Under the pieces are notes generated by a model. That model ran no database searches. It was not told the DNA's origin and was given only the letters and a program-made list of their open reading frames with translations. Shown here piece by piece: positions 1 through 13,500 of a stretch of DNA of 64,000 bases; the stretch's first letter is position 1, and each line of letters starts with the position of its first letter. The position numbers and the translations under genes were made by a program. Origin of the DNA: a virus. The stretch is taken from positions 32,001 through 96,000 of the IMG/VR virus record IMGVR_UViG_3300044631_002183, one strand, 5' to 3'.

Positions 1-714
1 TTTGAAGTAGAGGAAGGAACAAATACTTTAGACTCAATTACTCAAGCAACATTTACAAGTGGAGTATCTAAAGTAGGCTCTTTAATTTTAAACTATGGAT
101 ACGAAACAAATAGAGAAGAGCTTGTTCCAACTGGATTGCCAATTAATATATCATTAACTTATTACTCAGGAGTAACTGGTTACATGGGAATGGTCAGCGA
201 TGTTGTCATCGCCAGCGGTGGCAATGGCTATCTTGCAGCACCAACAGTAATATTTAGCGGAGGCGGCGCATCAATTGCTGCTTCTGGGCAAGCTATATTG
301 GGCGTAGATAGCCTGACTTATGATTCTGTAGTTGATGTCAATATGACATATTTTGGATCAGGATACAATTCTACCCCTACAGTAATTTTTTCTGGAGGCA
401 CGGGAATATTAAATAATTTTAATCCAAATATAGCCAGTGGAATCGCTGAAACATCTTTTTACACAAAGAGCGTCACAGGATTTTTCGACTTAAGAACAGG
501 AATAAATGATAATTTAGTAAGCTATAGAGATAATTCTTTCACATCTGGGTCTGCTGGTTATGTGAAAAATAATGTTTTTATAACCGACACATCTTCAATA
601 ACAGTGCAAGTTGTCTATGATACAAAATTCGATAATGAAATTCTTGTGGCTAAACTAACACTGAGTGGAATAGATAATAATATTATAGAAAAGCACATAA
701 CAGGAGTAAAATAA
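1..714 (+). CDS. Putative virion structural protein (5'-truncated by window edge)
   Basis: Frame 1 is open from base 1 to the TAA at 712-714, so the TTG at 136 is not the true start. Two copies of a G.GY...PTVIFSGG motif typical of myovirus baseplate/tail-associated proteins. Confidence 0.6.
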   Translation, partial: FEVEEGTNTLDSITQATFTSGVSKVGSLILNYGYETNREELVPTGLPINISLTYYSGVTGYMGMVSDVVIASGGNGYLAAPTVIFSGGGASIAASGQAILGVDSLTYDSVVDVNMTYFGSGYNSTPTVIFSGGTGILNNFNPNIASGIAETSFYTKSVTGFFDLRTGINDNLVSYRDNSFTSGSAGYVKNNVFITDTSSITVQVVYDTKFDNEILVAKLTLSGIDNNIIEKHITGVK

Positions 715-718
715 ATAA

Positions 719-1291
719 ATGAGAAAATCAACGCTAGTATCTAACGACGCATACCCTTTCATAGCAACATGGAATGGTTCTAACGCGAATACAGCCACTG
801 GCCTGAAGGTTAATGCTGCTCTCAAGCAAGTAGTAATTTCTCAAATTGGAGCTCAGGCAGCGGCTCTATTCGAGAACGATTTTATAAATTATAACGATGG
901 ATTTATATTGTGCCAGAATATCCCTGATAATCTAAATACTCTTTTTGCTGCTACTGCTAATACAACAACAAAAAATTTTAGAAAGACATTACGTTTCACG
1001 CCAGTGAAAATGCCAGCAACATTCAAAGGCCAGAAAGGAAATCTATCCAGCAACTACGAATATGGAGAAAGATTGCGCGTTTCCGTATCTGTAGAGTCTG
1101 TAAATAATAATCAGACTGTAATTAAAGCTAGACAAATACCAACTATAAATGGAACGCCTGTGCAGCTAAGAGCTGGGCCAATAAAAAATAATTCTGGCGT
1201 GAATTTCTTAGTTTATAGAGATGCTAATATGGCAGCTAGAACTTTAAAGTCTCAATCCGGTGGAGGCGGTGGGATTGGAGTGTGGAGTTAA
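719..1291 (+). CDS. Hypothetical protein, probably structural
   Basis: 190-aa ATG ORF tightly packed (3-4 bp gaps) in the + strand operon; no recognised motif. Confidence 0.6.
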   Translation: MRKSTLVSNDAYPFIATWNGSNANTATGLKVNAALKQVVISQIGAQAAALFENDFINYNDGFILCQNIPDNLNTLFAATANTTTKNFRKTLRFTPVKMPATFKGQKGNLSSNYEYGERLRVSVSVESVNNNQTVIKARQIPTINGTPVQLRAGPIKNNSGVNFLVYRDANMAARTLKSQSGGGGGIGVWS

Positions 1292-1294
1292 TTT

Positions 1295-4200
1295 ATGCCA
1301 TCTCTTCCTCTAGCCAAAAAAGTAAAAATTAATCAACAAACTGATTACGAACATCATAATCTTTTAGCTGAAGCATTTAATGAAAAGATTCTTTCTGGAC
1401 TAGGAGACTGCTCTTGGAGAATATTTTACTACGCTTTTTCGATGTTCAGAGGATTGAGAAATCCTCAAGACAGTAATTATCCGGCTCAAGATGAGTGGTT
1501 TAAATTCTATGCTAATCTAGAGCCAAAGATGACATATGGAAAATTTGGTTGGCCAGAGGCTCAAGCTGGAGAAGCTCAAGGGGCTAATGTCGCTAATCCA
1601 TTCATGGCTTGGATATTCGGGAGAGCTTCTAGAGTCACTCAAGCGAACGGGACTAAGGACGATACAAAAGATGGCGTTCATGGATACTGGTCGGAGCCAA
1701 TTCGTTTATCTGGTTTGGAATTAGCGTTGCCTAAAAATATGCCATCTAAAATTAGTGGCGATCCAAATTTAAATATAGTATGGAGCGATTCAGAAATACA
1801 AAGAGGCTGTTTAGCTTTCGAGGCTAACTTCAAATATTTGAATAAAGGAGGAGCACTAGGAACTAAAACCCTAGAACTAGCATCTCTTGGAATATGCTCT
1901 GCTGCAAGAAGGCATCTAAGATATGTCACAGAGGCCGTTTCCACTGGAAGATACGCTCCAAGCTATGTTCCAGATCAAGAAGGCAAGGGCGGGATATTCA
2001 GAAAAAAGAACGCTTCTAAAGATCAAATAGAGCAGGCTATATTTTATTATCTAAGCTTTTTTAGAGGCACAGAAGACCAGAGAGCGAGGCACACAATCAA
2101 GGGAAAAAATGTAATCACTCATGGATTTGACTTTGAGAAGTTTTTCTCTAAGCAGTTTCTTTTAGCTCCTAATTATTCTAGGCCAAAATACGAATTGAAT
2201 CCTAATGGATCAATAAAGCTAGATAATTTAGGCAATAAAAAAATAAAATATGACTCTTTTGGTTATCCAGAGCTTTTCCCAGAAGGTCCAGGCAGTTTTA
2301 TTTGGACAATTGGTTATAATTATGCTACTTTAAATACTGCAACAAGCGCTTATTCTGTAAAGACAAATTCTAGTGACGCGTTCTTATTTAAAGGCCAAGA
2401 TAACGGAAAAGAACTAAAATCTTTCAATACCAATCCTCCAGATTCCAATAATAGATTTTGCTTGTCTGCTATATTTATTCAAACTTCAGATATAGCTTGT
2501 TCTTATACAGATTCTGATAATTTCTTACTTTCTGGATTGTATATTGATGTTTATGTTAATGGAGAGATATACGAATCGATACCAATAACTCAAAACGACA
2601 GATATCTCATTAGTAATAGGACGGGAGTTGTCAATGATGTAAGCCTTAATTCTACTAATCAATATAGAATTTATCAATTTAATAAAATACACTACTTTGT
2701 TTATCCTGTAAAAGGACAAGTTTCATTTAGAGTTAGGGGATCAGAAGGCGTGACTGAGCCTACTTTTAATAATTTTGGCACGCTTCAGCTAGGAAAGAAA
2801 ATTGTAACACCAACAGTAACTCAACAATCTTTTTCAATAACTATACAGTTCGCTCACGTTCTAGAAATGAAGCCCAGCGCTGCTGACGCTTACGTTATGA
2901 TGAGAGTGGCAACAACTGAGGGCGCAGGAACAGATGCTGGTCAAATGGACCCAGTAGGGCATTTTAACGCAGACACAGCTAAAACAGTTTTCACAAATTA
3001 TAGCAGATATGGAGTGGCATATAATTTTAGAAGCAAGACATTGTATCAAAACGATGCTTATGTGAGCGCAAATCCAGTCTACGAGTCTGCTAGAAAATTT
3101 ATTTCTGGTAATGTAAGAATGGCGGATAGAACAGCTTTAGTTGATTATGAAATAGACGCGGATGGAAATTCTGTATTATATTTTAATAGATATGCGCTAG
3201 GTATGAAAAATACTGGCGTAGATATATTTAGAAATATGGGTCCATCAATAACAGAAGTGGGCAATAGATCTATAAGAGGAGCAAAGCCAGAAACATTTAT
3301 TCCAATAACTAAAGGGAAGTGGTATATTGTAGTAGAATTAGACACTCCAAGAAGAGGCTCTTCTTATGTAACTTACGTTGATAATAATAAGAAAAAAATA
3401 CTAAAGCACGGATCTACATTCAGAGGCGGAGATTATTATTTTGTATCAGAGTATTCTACTGGTACAATAGGTGTGTATGAACTAGATGGAATAACTCCAG
3501 AGTCTTTGATATCGGCGATAGAAAAGCAAGAAATAGTAATAGATGGAGTAAAACAAAAAGTATCTGGAAACATAAGCAATGAATGGACGATGTTCATGAC
3601 TTATAACTTGTACCATTGGTCCAATAGTTCTTACTGGAAGCCTTCAATGTATGGCGATGTAATGGGAGCATTGAATGCTAGATGCTTGACCGCAAGTCAG
3701 TCTTTGGAGCCGCTGAGAGGAACTTCCAGAAACGTAAAAAAGGCTTTAGCGAATGTATCTTGGAGACCAAATGACTTGCCACTTATTGTAGAAGCTCCAT
3801 CTGGATATAATTACATAGAGAGCGCAAATACTAAACCTCAATATGGAGACTGGAGAGGGAATTTGGATTATCCAAGCAACTTTGCTGCTAGTTGCCCTAT
3901 ATATAAGCCTCCTTATAAAATTAAATCTATAGTAAGAGTCAATCCATACGATCCAAGATCAGATGTGATAAAAGTAATAATAGAAAATAGATTACAAAAT
4001 ACAGGTAAAAGTGTAGATCCTTCTCTTGGTCTTGGCAAGCTTTCTGATGTTCCAAAGGGAAGGCTGTCTAATAAATTGCAAGACTTTATAAAATTTGCCG
4101 AATCAAACGTGGATCTTTATAGGACAGATGAGAACGCTTTGATCAACTATCTTTGCCACACTATGGCAGGAATACAATGCCCAAGAGGAATTACTGGGGA

Positions 4201-4564
4201 TGTTTCTATGGATAATGGAGGGTTTTGGCAAAAACAAAGACCTTTTGGCTGTTGTTATCCTAGATTCTATTTCGTGAAACTGATTCCTAAAGTATCAAAA
4301 AATACAGTAATGTATTCAGATCACTATATGCAAATGGAATATTATTTAAGAGCTATGTGTAATGGCTTTATAAATAAAGGATCTGAAATGGAACCAGGAC
4401 AAGTACAAGCTATTATACAAGCTGGATTAAGTGGAATAACTATACCGGGTGGATATGATTCTGCCGTAGGGGACTATTTATTTGAAGACTTAATGAGAAA
4501 TTCTTATGATAATGGGAGCGATCAAGCTTCTCCTATTAGTCCCAATATGGTAGGAAGACAATAA
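1295..4564 (+). CDS. Large hypothetical protein, probably virion structural
   Basis: 1089-aa ORF in the operon; no recognisable enzyme motif. Confidence 0.6.
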   Translation: MPSLPLAKKVKINQQTDYEHHNLLAEAFNEKILSGLGDCSWRIFYYAFSMFRGLRNPQDSNYPAQDEWFKFYANLEPKMTYGKFGWPEAQAGEAQGANVANPFMAWIFGRASRVTQANGTKDDTKDGVHGYWSEPIRLSGLELALPKNMPSKISGDPNLNIVWSDSEIQRGCLAFEANFKYLNKGGALGTKTLELASLGICSAARRHLRYVTEAVSTGRYAPSYVPDQEGKGGIFRKKNASKDQIEQAIFYYLSFFRGTEDQRARHTIKGKNVITHGFDFEKFFSKQFLLAPNYSRPKYELNPNGSIKLDNLGNKKIKYDSFGYPELFPEGPGSFIWTIGYNYATLNTATSAYSVKTNSSDAFLFKGQDNGKELKSFNTNPPDSNNRFCLSAIFIQTSDIACSYTDSDNFLLSGLYIDVYVNGEIYESIPITQNDRYLISNRTGVVNDVSLNSTNQYRIYQFNKIHYFVYPVKGQVSFRVRGSEGVTEPTFNNFGTLQLGKKIVTPTVTQQSFSITIQFAHVLEMKPSAADAYVMMRVATTEGAGTDAGQMDPVGHFNADTAKTVFTNYSRYGVAYNFRSKTLYQNDAYVSANPVYESARKFISGNVRMADRTALVDYEIDADGNSVLYFNRYALGMKNTGVDIFRNMGPSITEVGNRSIRGAKPETFIPITKGKWYIVVELDTPRRGSSYVTYVDNNKKKILKHGSTFRGGDYYFVSEYSTGTIGVYELDGITPESLISAIEKQEIVIDGVKQKVSGNISNEWTMFMTYNLYHWSNSSYWKPSMYGDVMGALNARCLTASQSLEPLRGTSRNVKKALANVSWRPNDLPLIVEAPSGYNYIESANTKPQYGDWRGNLDYPSNFAASCPIYKPPYKIKSIVRVNPYDPRSDVIKVIIENRLQNTGKSVDPSLGLGKLSDVPKGRLSNKLQDFIKFAESNVDLYRTDENALINYLCHTMAGIQCPRGITGDVSMDNGGFWQKQRPFGCCYPRFYFVKLIPKVSKNTVMYSDHYMQMEYYLRAMCNGFINKGSEMEPGQVQAIIQAGLSGITIPGGYDSAVGDYLFEDLMRNSYDNGSDQASPISPNMVGRQ

Positions 4565-4565
4565 T

Positions 4566-7500
4566 ATGAGTGTAGAAACAGACAATAAGGATTTTATAAC
4601 AACAGCTTTGTCCGCAGTTGGACCTAGCTTGACTCCAGATTTCTCTAAATACACTTATGGATTATGGGTTTCATTTTTCGAGAATCCAAACCATAGCGAG
4701 AATGGATATACCGTACCAAAGCCTTTGGTAGAAGATATAGTAGCTTCAAAATTTGCAGTAACAGGAAAAAGATTCTCTATAATTAATTACGAAGGAGAAG
4801 CCCCGAAGGCTAGATTTTTTTTGACTGAGGGTTTTCTTGGGTTAGATGGTTATGATTATTTAAGAGACTTTGAGATAACAGATAGATTCATATCTGGGTC
4901 TAATCCAAACGTAATAATGCCAGACATGGATTACGCTGGCAAGGTTTATCGTAGATACGAGATTACAGGCTTAACTAAATCAAAATCCACAAACAATGAT
5001 ATCTTAACTGTATCAGGAGAAGACTGGGCGCAGACTAGTATTCCTGTAAGCGCTAACAATACAGACAATATTTATACCTATACAGATTCAGGATACTCAG
5101 GATACAGAAATGAAGTAACTACAAGATATAAATTCTTATATAACGATAGCGGAAACTCTTTGGTGCAAGACTCTTCTATTTTTGAGATTCCTTTTCAATT
5201 AGAAAATCAGTCTTCGTTAAAATATAGAATATCTAGAGCAAGTGAACCGCTTGGTATTTATGATTTTGCAGAATTAACCGCAGATGGCAAGGCGATAATA
5301 GATTATTCTAAGTATAAGGAAGAGGTTTCTGGAACTATAGATGGGCAAATAGTTTACAACTTTGAGCCGATATCCCAGCTTTCTTTCGGATCGGGAGAAT
5401 TCAACGATATACTAGAAAAGAACATAACGAATAGAAAAAAAATATACGATCCATCTTTAACTGGTTTTAGCATATCTAAGAGCAATAATTTATTTAAATT
5501 CGCACTACAATCTACTGGAAATTTCGATGATATTTATAAGGTTGATGTTTCAGTAGAAAGATTTAATCTCAAAGATAAACCAAATATCTCTGGTTATGTA
5601 ATGTCAAGTTATGATATAGGTGATGGACCGGTAACTATATCATTATCTTCGGGGCTAAATGTCTTCCCAAGAGTAAATGAAGACGGATCTCCATTTGGAT
5701 ACGACAATCTTCAAGACTTGATTGACGTAGAACAAATAGCTGAATCTGAAAAATATGCTCAAGATATACAAATACCAGATGCGGGAGATGAGGAAGACGA
5801 AAGTCAATTATCTAAAGCTATTGAAGATAATTTCTCTGCTACAATAAAAGCAATCAATGGCGAATTTGAAGAAGATCCACAAGACAATAGAGATGGAGAA
5901 GCTTGGGAGGTTAGATCTCAAATAGACTCTAATGATGAAGAGTATTTAACGCAGCAGAATAATGAAATCCAATATTACAAGACTGCTTTACCTAACTTTC
6001 CTCTTCCTAAAAAAATTATAACAAAAGACTTCTATTCAAATTATATAAATTCTGGAGAAAGTTATATTGTTACTCCATTAGCTAGTTATGGATTAGATCC
6101 TACATTCACAGCTTGCGGAGATCAATTCGGAGTATTGGGCTATTATATAAATGAAAGCGAAGTCCCCGGGCAAGAGTCTGTTTTTAGAACGGTAGTGAAC
6201 TCTACTTGCGACGGCCTTTACATTGACGCTACTGGATTCTGCAAAGGAGATTCAGCAATATACGATAACAAAAGATATAAAACAGATGGATTAAAAATCC
6301 AAAACGGATTAGTAACCCAAATTACAGAGAGCGGAGTAATATCAAAAGACGCTTTCATAAATCAAGAGTCTTGGTTAAAGGCTATAAATTACTTCTATAC
6401 TAAAAATTATGTAGCTTCTTTTAATGTATATCCATCTCTGCCAGAGGCCAGTTACAACACTCTTTTTTCACAAGCTCTAAGAGAAGTAAACGAGAGAATA
6501 GGCGGACCAGTTGGAAGTAATGACAGTAGTTCTTTTTATTCTAATGGAGCTAGAAATCCAAGAATATTCGTAGAAAGAGAAATCTATACAAATTCTTATA
6601 GAAGAGACGAATCTTTTGAAATAAATCAGGCTATCACAAGTGGTGTCTACACACCTAGCGATGCCGATTTGGCTAATGAAGAAGTAGAAAAGCTATACTG
6701 CGTACACACATACGAACCAAGCGACGAATCTAGTTTTGTCAAAGATAAGCAGGCTTATTTTTATCCAGTTCAAGATTATAAAGAAGATGTGACTTTTAGA
6801 AAATTTTTAGAGACTTCTGCGGCTGGTTTATCATATACTACTGGAGAAAATTTTGGCACTGTTTCATTTATCGATGGAGATGGAGATCCTGATAAGTTAT
6901 TCAGATTGGAATACGTTACTGGTAATGCTTTTAGTTATAATGGCGTTTCCAGTTCTATAGCGTGGTCTGGGCCAGCGACTCCAGCTTCTAACATATCAAT
7001 AATTGATCAAAATACTAAAAACTATTCATATCACTTGTATGGATATAATAATAATTCTGATATTTTGTCTTTCTTAGATAGTAATGTTATTAGCGGCGAC
7101 TCCGTTTCATCTAATTCTTTTTCTAATTTAGCGGTTGTAAAGTTCGTAAAACAAGGTCTAACAGACTCTGTTTTTAGAATAGAAAAAGATGAAGACAATA
7201 CTAAAGTAACGTTATCTTCTCTTAACCTTAGCGTTGCTGATGCTGCCGGGAATTTGTTAGCTCCTTCCAAGGTAAGGGTAAATATTCAAACTTATAATTA
7301 TAAAGTCCAAAGTAATGTTGAGAATCATCAATGGACCGTCTTCAATCAAAATCCAATCAACAATAATATATACGGAGATAGAAAAACAAATAATCTATCT
7401 GAGCCAAGATTCTTTCAAGACGACGCGGAAGATACAAAAGATGTATTGTCTACTTTATTCTTTTTTCCAAATGGGCCTTACACTTCTAAAAATTATGAAG

Positions 7501-10500
7501 GAAAACCAATCTCTACATCTTCTATAAGATCTTTATCTGATGGTCTTTACGAAAACACAATTTCGATAAAAGAAGAAAACGAAAACCCTAAAAATTATGA
7601 GTCAAATTATGTTCTAGAAATAGCTGACAATGGACAATTAGTCAAGCAAAAGCCTTCTAGCTCTGTGCTAAATTCAATGGCGAGATTTAGCGACACAAGA
7701 AGATTAAGAATCACAAAAATCAAATATAATTTCTACACTAAAGATTTAGTTGTAATTGGAGACGCAGGATCACCATATTCTATTAATTTTAATGATGGTT
7801 GGGAATATGATTTGCAGTATAAATTGAAAGCAGGGACTTCCGGATCTTCTGGCAGCTCTGGTACATCTGGAACATCGGGTTCTTCTGGGGGCGGAGCTTC
7901 AGTGGATTGGACTATAATGTCTAAGGAGGGTCCGTTAACTAAGGATACAATTTCTAGCCAATACTCAATTATTTCTCCTTATTATTTCAGTGCGGAAGAC
8001 TTGGAGAGTCCGAATTTCTTGTCGATGGTTGCGTTTAAGACTAATTTGCCGATGTTCTTAGACGATCAAAACTATGAATTTAGAATACTAAAGAGAGAGA
8101 GGCTAGTAGTTTCTTCCGATTCTGCAAATGTAATTAAAAAGACTAATTTCTTGCCTATAAAAGTAGACTGGGACGAAGTGGCTGGATGCGGGTACTACAA
8201 CATCTATCAAAAAGATAGATACAATAACTTAACATTTTTGAGATCTGAACCTTCAGGAGTTAATAGCGTTTCATATGTAGTTCCTGATATAAGCCAAAAA
8301 AATGTAAATCTTGGCGTTTACAATTTTGGAGCAAATGGAAATAACTACTACGACATAATTGTTTCAGGAGTAAAATCAGCAATAGTTAAAGTCGAAGAAA
8401 CTCTTTCTGGCGAATATGGATTTGAAGTAGGAAATTCTGATTCAGACCAAAATAAGATAAGCAAACTATCTCAAGTTACAACCTACACTCCAGTTCTTGC
8501 CTCTGGGACTGCATACAGCCAGTTACTAGATTTCAATAATCCAGAGTCTAAGACTTCAGAATTCAAAATAGATCAAAATTACAATAATTATTACTTCGTC
8601 ACCGACAAGGCTGATGCTATCTTGTCTAATATTCCAAGCTCTTTTGAAGCTTATGTAATTAATACTGGTAATGCAAGTTGCAATGTTGATTCTACGTCAA
8701 TTAGCACCAATCAATATGCCAAGATATCAAATAATGGCGCTGTATCTTCTGCGTCTGCATCGGCATTGCCTTCATCATCTTTAGATTTGGTTGATTTAGA
8801 AGATGGAGATTCTTTATATTTAACTTCTAATGTAACAATATTAAACGCAACTGTAATATCGACTAAAACTCTTAATGTAATTAATGATTCAAGTTCTTCA
8901 ATAACAGTCACATTTGGTTCTACGGAAACAATAGCTGCTAATCAAACTAAGAGTTTAACTTTTAATGACGATGGATCTTCCAAGACAATAGTATTAAACA
9001 AAACCTATTCAAATATCGCAGCTCAAGATGCTGAAATTTATCATCCTAAAGATGGCTTTGTCAACTTCAATCATACTACTGGATCTTTTAGTTCAGCAGA
9101 TGTTTATAGCAATTTACCAGTGTATAATTTTTCACAAGAGACGCTGAAGATCAATAATTTAGTCGTAGCCCCTGACTCTTTCAATTATGTTTCGTGGAAT
9201 GGCTCTGTAGCTTCCAAGGCTCAAAAGAGTTATTTTGATGATTTAAAAATTTATCTTAAAGGTACAGAAACTACAGCGGACAGCATAAAGTTACTCAAAG
9301 ATGATTCAGAAATTATCTTATCTCAATTTGCTACGGCCTCAGGGATTACTAGAGAGTATTTTTTCCTGAAAGATGAATCTATAAATAGAGCCTTAAATAT
9401 CAAAATTACGAATGGTTCTGCCGTAGAAGTTCTTTCCAAGCAAAGACAAGACTTCAAATTGACTGTCAATAGAAATAACGACTCTTCAATTTCTTATTCT
9501 ATAATTTATCCATCTGGGAATCCATTCTTTGAGATTTCAAATTCTACAGAGCAGTTAGTATTGCTAAAAGGAAATCTTATACAAAATATTGATCTAAAGT
9601 CTCTGGATTCTGGATTAAAACAAGGTTCTTTCGTTTATTTTGTAAATAAAAATAGCTCTAACGTTTATTTCTATAGAGATAAGCAGGAAAACATAATCTA
9701 TACATTGGCTGAAAATCAAATAGCTAGAGCCATGTTATCGACTGTAGGATCTACTAGAATTGTAAGACTAGAGATCCTAAATGATGCTTTTAGTCATTTT
9801 TATTTTGACGCCAGTCAATACATAGATTCTCCAATAAATATCCTAGATTTAAATTTCTGCGCCACTCAGATTTCTTTACCTTCCGCTTCGCAGCTACATA
9901 ATAAAGATCTGTTCCTGGTTTGCAGAAATAGATTCATTCCGAATAAAATAAATAAAGAAAAAATTAAAGACGTAAATTCTATAGTTTCTACAGAAGATAA
10001 TCCTTCTACGCTGGAGATAAATGAGATAGGTGATTTGGCAAGTAATTCTATATCTTTAAGAGTATTCGAAAAAACATCAGGAGACGCTTTGCCTACAGTA
10101 GAAAGAACAAGTTTTTCTCAAAGAACATTCTTAGATCCAGAAGACCAAGTTTTAAGTGAAGATACTTCTAGATTTTTTTACATAAGAAATGAAGATGTAG
10201 ACACATTTACAATCAAAGACTTCTATAATAGAAAAAATGACTATAATGGCAAAATCTTCTTGCCAGTCTCGGATAAGTCTTTAGTGGTTCAATCGTTTGA
10301 TTCTGCCGATGGAAACAATCTATTCAGAGCGAGAAAGTCAAGTTCTATAGATTTTGATTATTCTCCAGATGGATATGTTAATGGAAGACTTCAAGTTTCC
10401 GCACCAGACGTTCTAGATTCTAAAATTTATAGCTACCAAAGCGAAGCGGGATCTACGGCGAAAGCCTTTCCGAATGCATTGGCGACAGATCAAATATTGA

Positions 10501-13500
10501 TGAACTTTGCTTATGATACAGTTACTGTATCAGTAGACTCTTCTACAGTTACTCTAAAGAAAAATAGATTGGTAAAAAATTCTGGAGCTAATTATGTATA
10601 TCCAATATATAATAAAAAAGAATTCTTCATAGCTCTAGTTAATTCCGAAAGAACTAACACAGTAGTCAATGGCGGAACAACTTTTTATTATGTAATAAAA
10701 TCAAATGTAATAGATGTAGATTCTATAGTGTTGCCAGATATTTCTGCTACGATTTCTTTTGCGATTAAAAATGAATCTGGAAGACCATATCAAGTTAAAA
10801 CATTAAGCGGCACGTATGTTTATTTATTAGCCCCAAATGATAAGAAACTATTCACTTATACAGGATCTCCATATACGGTAACAAATGATACGACAGATTT
10901 TGATGATCGTTCAGTAATAAATGAGCCGACTTCTATACAATCATCAAATCAGTATCTTGAATTAGATAGTGAACACCCATTGTCGTCTTTATGGAGTAGC
11001 TCTTTTGCTATTGATACTATAGAAAACGCTTTCATAGGAGAAACTGGAGATGAAACATCTATTTTGTTGACCAGCAGTGGCTTGGTGACAAATTATAGAA
11101 TATTTGATGTTTATTCTGCTGTTCCATCTTCCAATCTTGCGGTGATATATTGCTACGGAAGAAAGCCCGTGAATTTAACTTCAGTAGAAAAATACACTGT
11201 CAATGATTTTTATCTTTTCGTGAAACATAACGAGATAATAATCCGAAAAGAACAGTTCTATTTGTCCGAAGTCACAAAAACGCTAGAGCAATCAGTTTAC
11301 AATTTAAATATTATAGACACTCAGTATTTTGATTTAACTAAGTTGTTTGATTCTCAAAATACAATAAGCAATCTTCCAGATATAATTTTCGTTCCTATAA
11401 CAAAATACTCCTCTAAATTCTATTTGCCAAATTTAAGCGTAGACATTGATGGATCTACCCTAGGGTCTTTGATATCTACAAAGAGAATATTATTTGTAAA
11501 TCTGATTAAGTCAGACGCTTCGGGAGCGAACTCAATATATAATTATTCTGATAGCACAACTACTAATTTATTAGATATCAATTCTTTAGCTTTGTTTAAG
11601 ATACAAAGCGGGCAATGGGTGAAAGAAACCTCCAGCTTGCCTCAAGTCAAGAAAGTATTTCCTACTATAAAAAACATAAAAGGAATTTCAGGGCTTTCCA
11701 CAACAGAAGTGTCTAGTGGTAAAGAATTTGTTTATCTTCCGAATTTTAATAGATTTAATGTAGATCAAAATAGATTCGAAGATCGTTCTTTTAGAGATTT
11801 TTACGTCTTTAATTCTTGCAAGTATAGAATGTATGTAGGCTCTAATAATTCTATGTTAGGAACTGGAGCTTTCACAAAAGTATCTAGAGATTTCACTCAA
11901 AATTTATTTTTGGGTGTTGATTTAGATTTGAATGCTTCTTCTATATTTTCTGTTGTTAATTTTAATTATGCCGAAGGAAGAGCTCCTGAAAATCTTACAA
12001 ATGTTGTTAACTCTTCATTTCCAAATTTAAAATTCGGCACAAAAATAAAAGCGATCCAAACAGTTGGAAACAGTTCGGAGACTCATTTTTTTGAGTATAA
12101 CGCTAATGGAATCGCAAATGAAATAGAAATACAAAATAAGAACTATGGAATATTAGATGTAAAAGATTTGTTAGATTATTCTCCAAATAATAAACTTTTC
12201 GTTTTTGGGTCTTCCCAAATAAATGATACAGGTAATTATTTTGATTCTTACTATTTAAAATTACTCAGAGCCACTCAATTGGGGTCTGAAAAATTCTACG
12301 TCTATAATAATACGCCTTTCTTTTTATCAGTTTATTTTGATTCAGAAGTAGAGTTATCTCTGCTTGTTCCACCAAGAATTTTGGCAGAGGTTAGTAATTC
12401 TGGATTAAGATTTTTGGATGCTTATGAAAAAGGCAAGCTTACAATCTCCAAAAAACAAACTAATGTAAACTATATTTTAAAATCAGATTTAAAGTTATCA
12501 ATAAATGGATTGCTAGACTATACAAATTTTAGAGATGGGCAAGAAGACGCAGATCAAGTAAAAAACATCTTGATAACCAACATGGTAAAAGATGAGCAAT
12601 ACGTGGACTGCTCTTATTTTACCTCCGATAAGATATTTATAGATAGCGCATTTGATAATTTTAAAACAGTATCGATGCCAAGTTTGGGTTCTATGGCTAT
12701 ATCAAGCTCTACTGTAATTAAAAATATAATCAAACCAGTATATAGCATAAACTCAGCCGGACATTATTTGTTTAATGACAATAATAATGACATCTCAGTA
12801 AGCATTCCAGCTTCTGGAGAAGTGTTTTTAATAAATAATTGTCCAAGAGATATATTCGTAAATATACTAAGCCCAGAAAGAAGCAGGGGTAAACTTTACA
12901 GGAATTCTGTTCTTGTTTTGAAGGTGGTTGATACAAATAAAGTAAGCTTAAGATACCTCAAGAAATCAAAAGCTAGAGACGAGTTCTATTGCGTTTTTAA
13001 TCCAAACACAGCCATCTCGACGCAAAGAGAAATAACTCTAAAATTGGGAATAATAAGAAACGAAGATCTATTACCTATATTAGACGACGATCAAGTAGAG
13101 CAAAAATCATATGTTAAACTATTAGCCAAGGATGGTTCTTCTAGCAAAATAAATTTAGCACTGCGCAATTACTACAATGGTAAGGATATACCAACGGATT
13201 CGCCGAATAATGTTGTTGGGTATGAAGTAGGAATAGGGCATGAGACAATTTATAGATTCTTGTTTTTTGATGCTTCTACATCTACCTACACATTGCCAGG
13301 AATCCAAAAAGGAATAAAATATCAAGTAAGCATCGATAAGAGCTTCTTCGACAATATAAATATAAGCACAAACAACTCATTCACCAACACGAAAGAAATT
13401 CCATTCTTGAAATATGATGGAAATATTTATGGCGATGGCGATACATTTGAAGGAAATGGAGTGGAAGTCTATGAAATAAAATATCCAAATTTTGTAAGAC

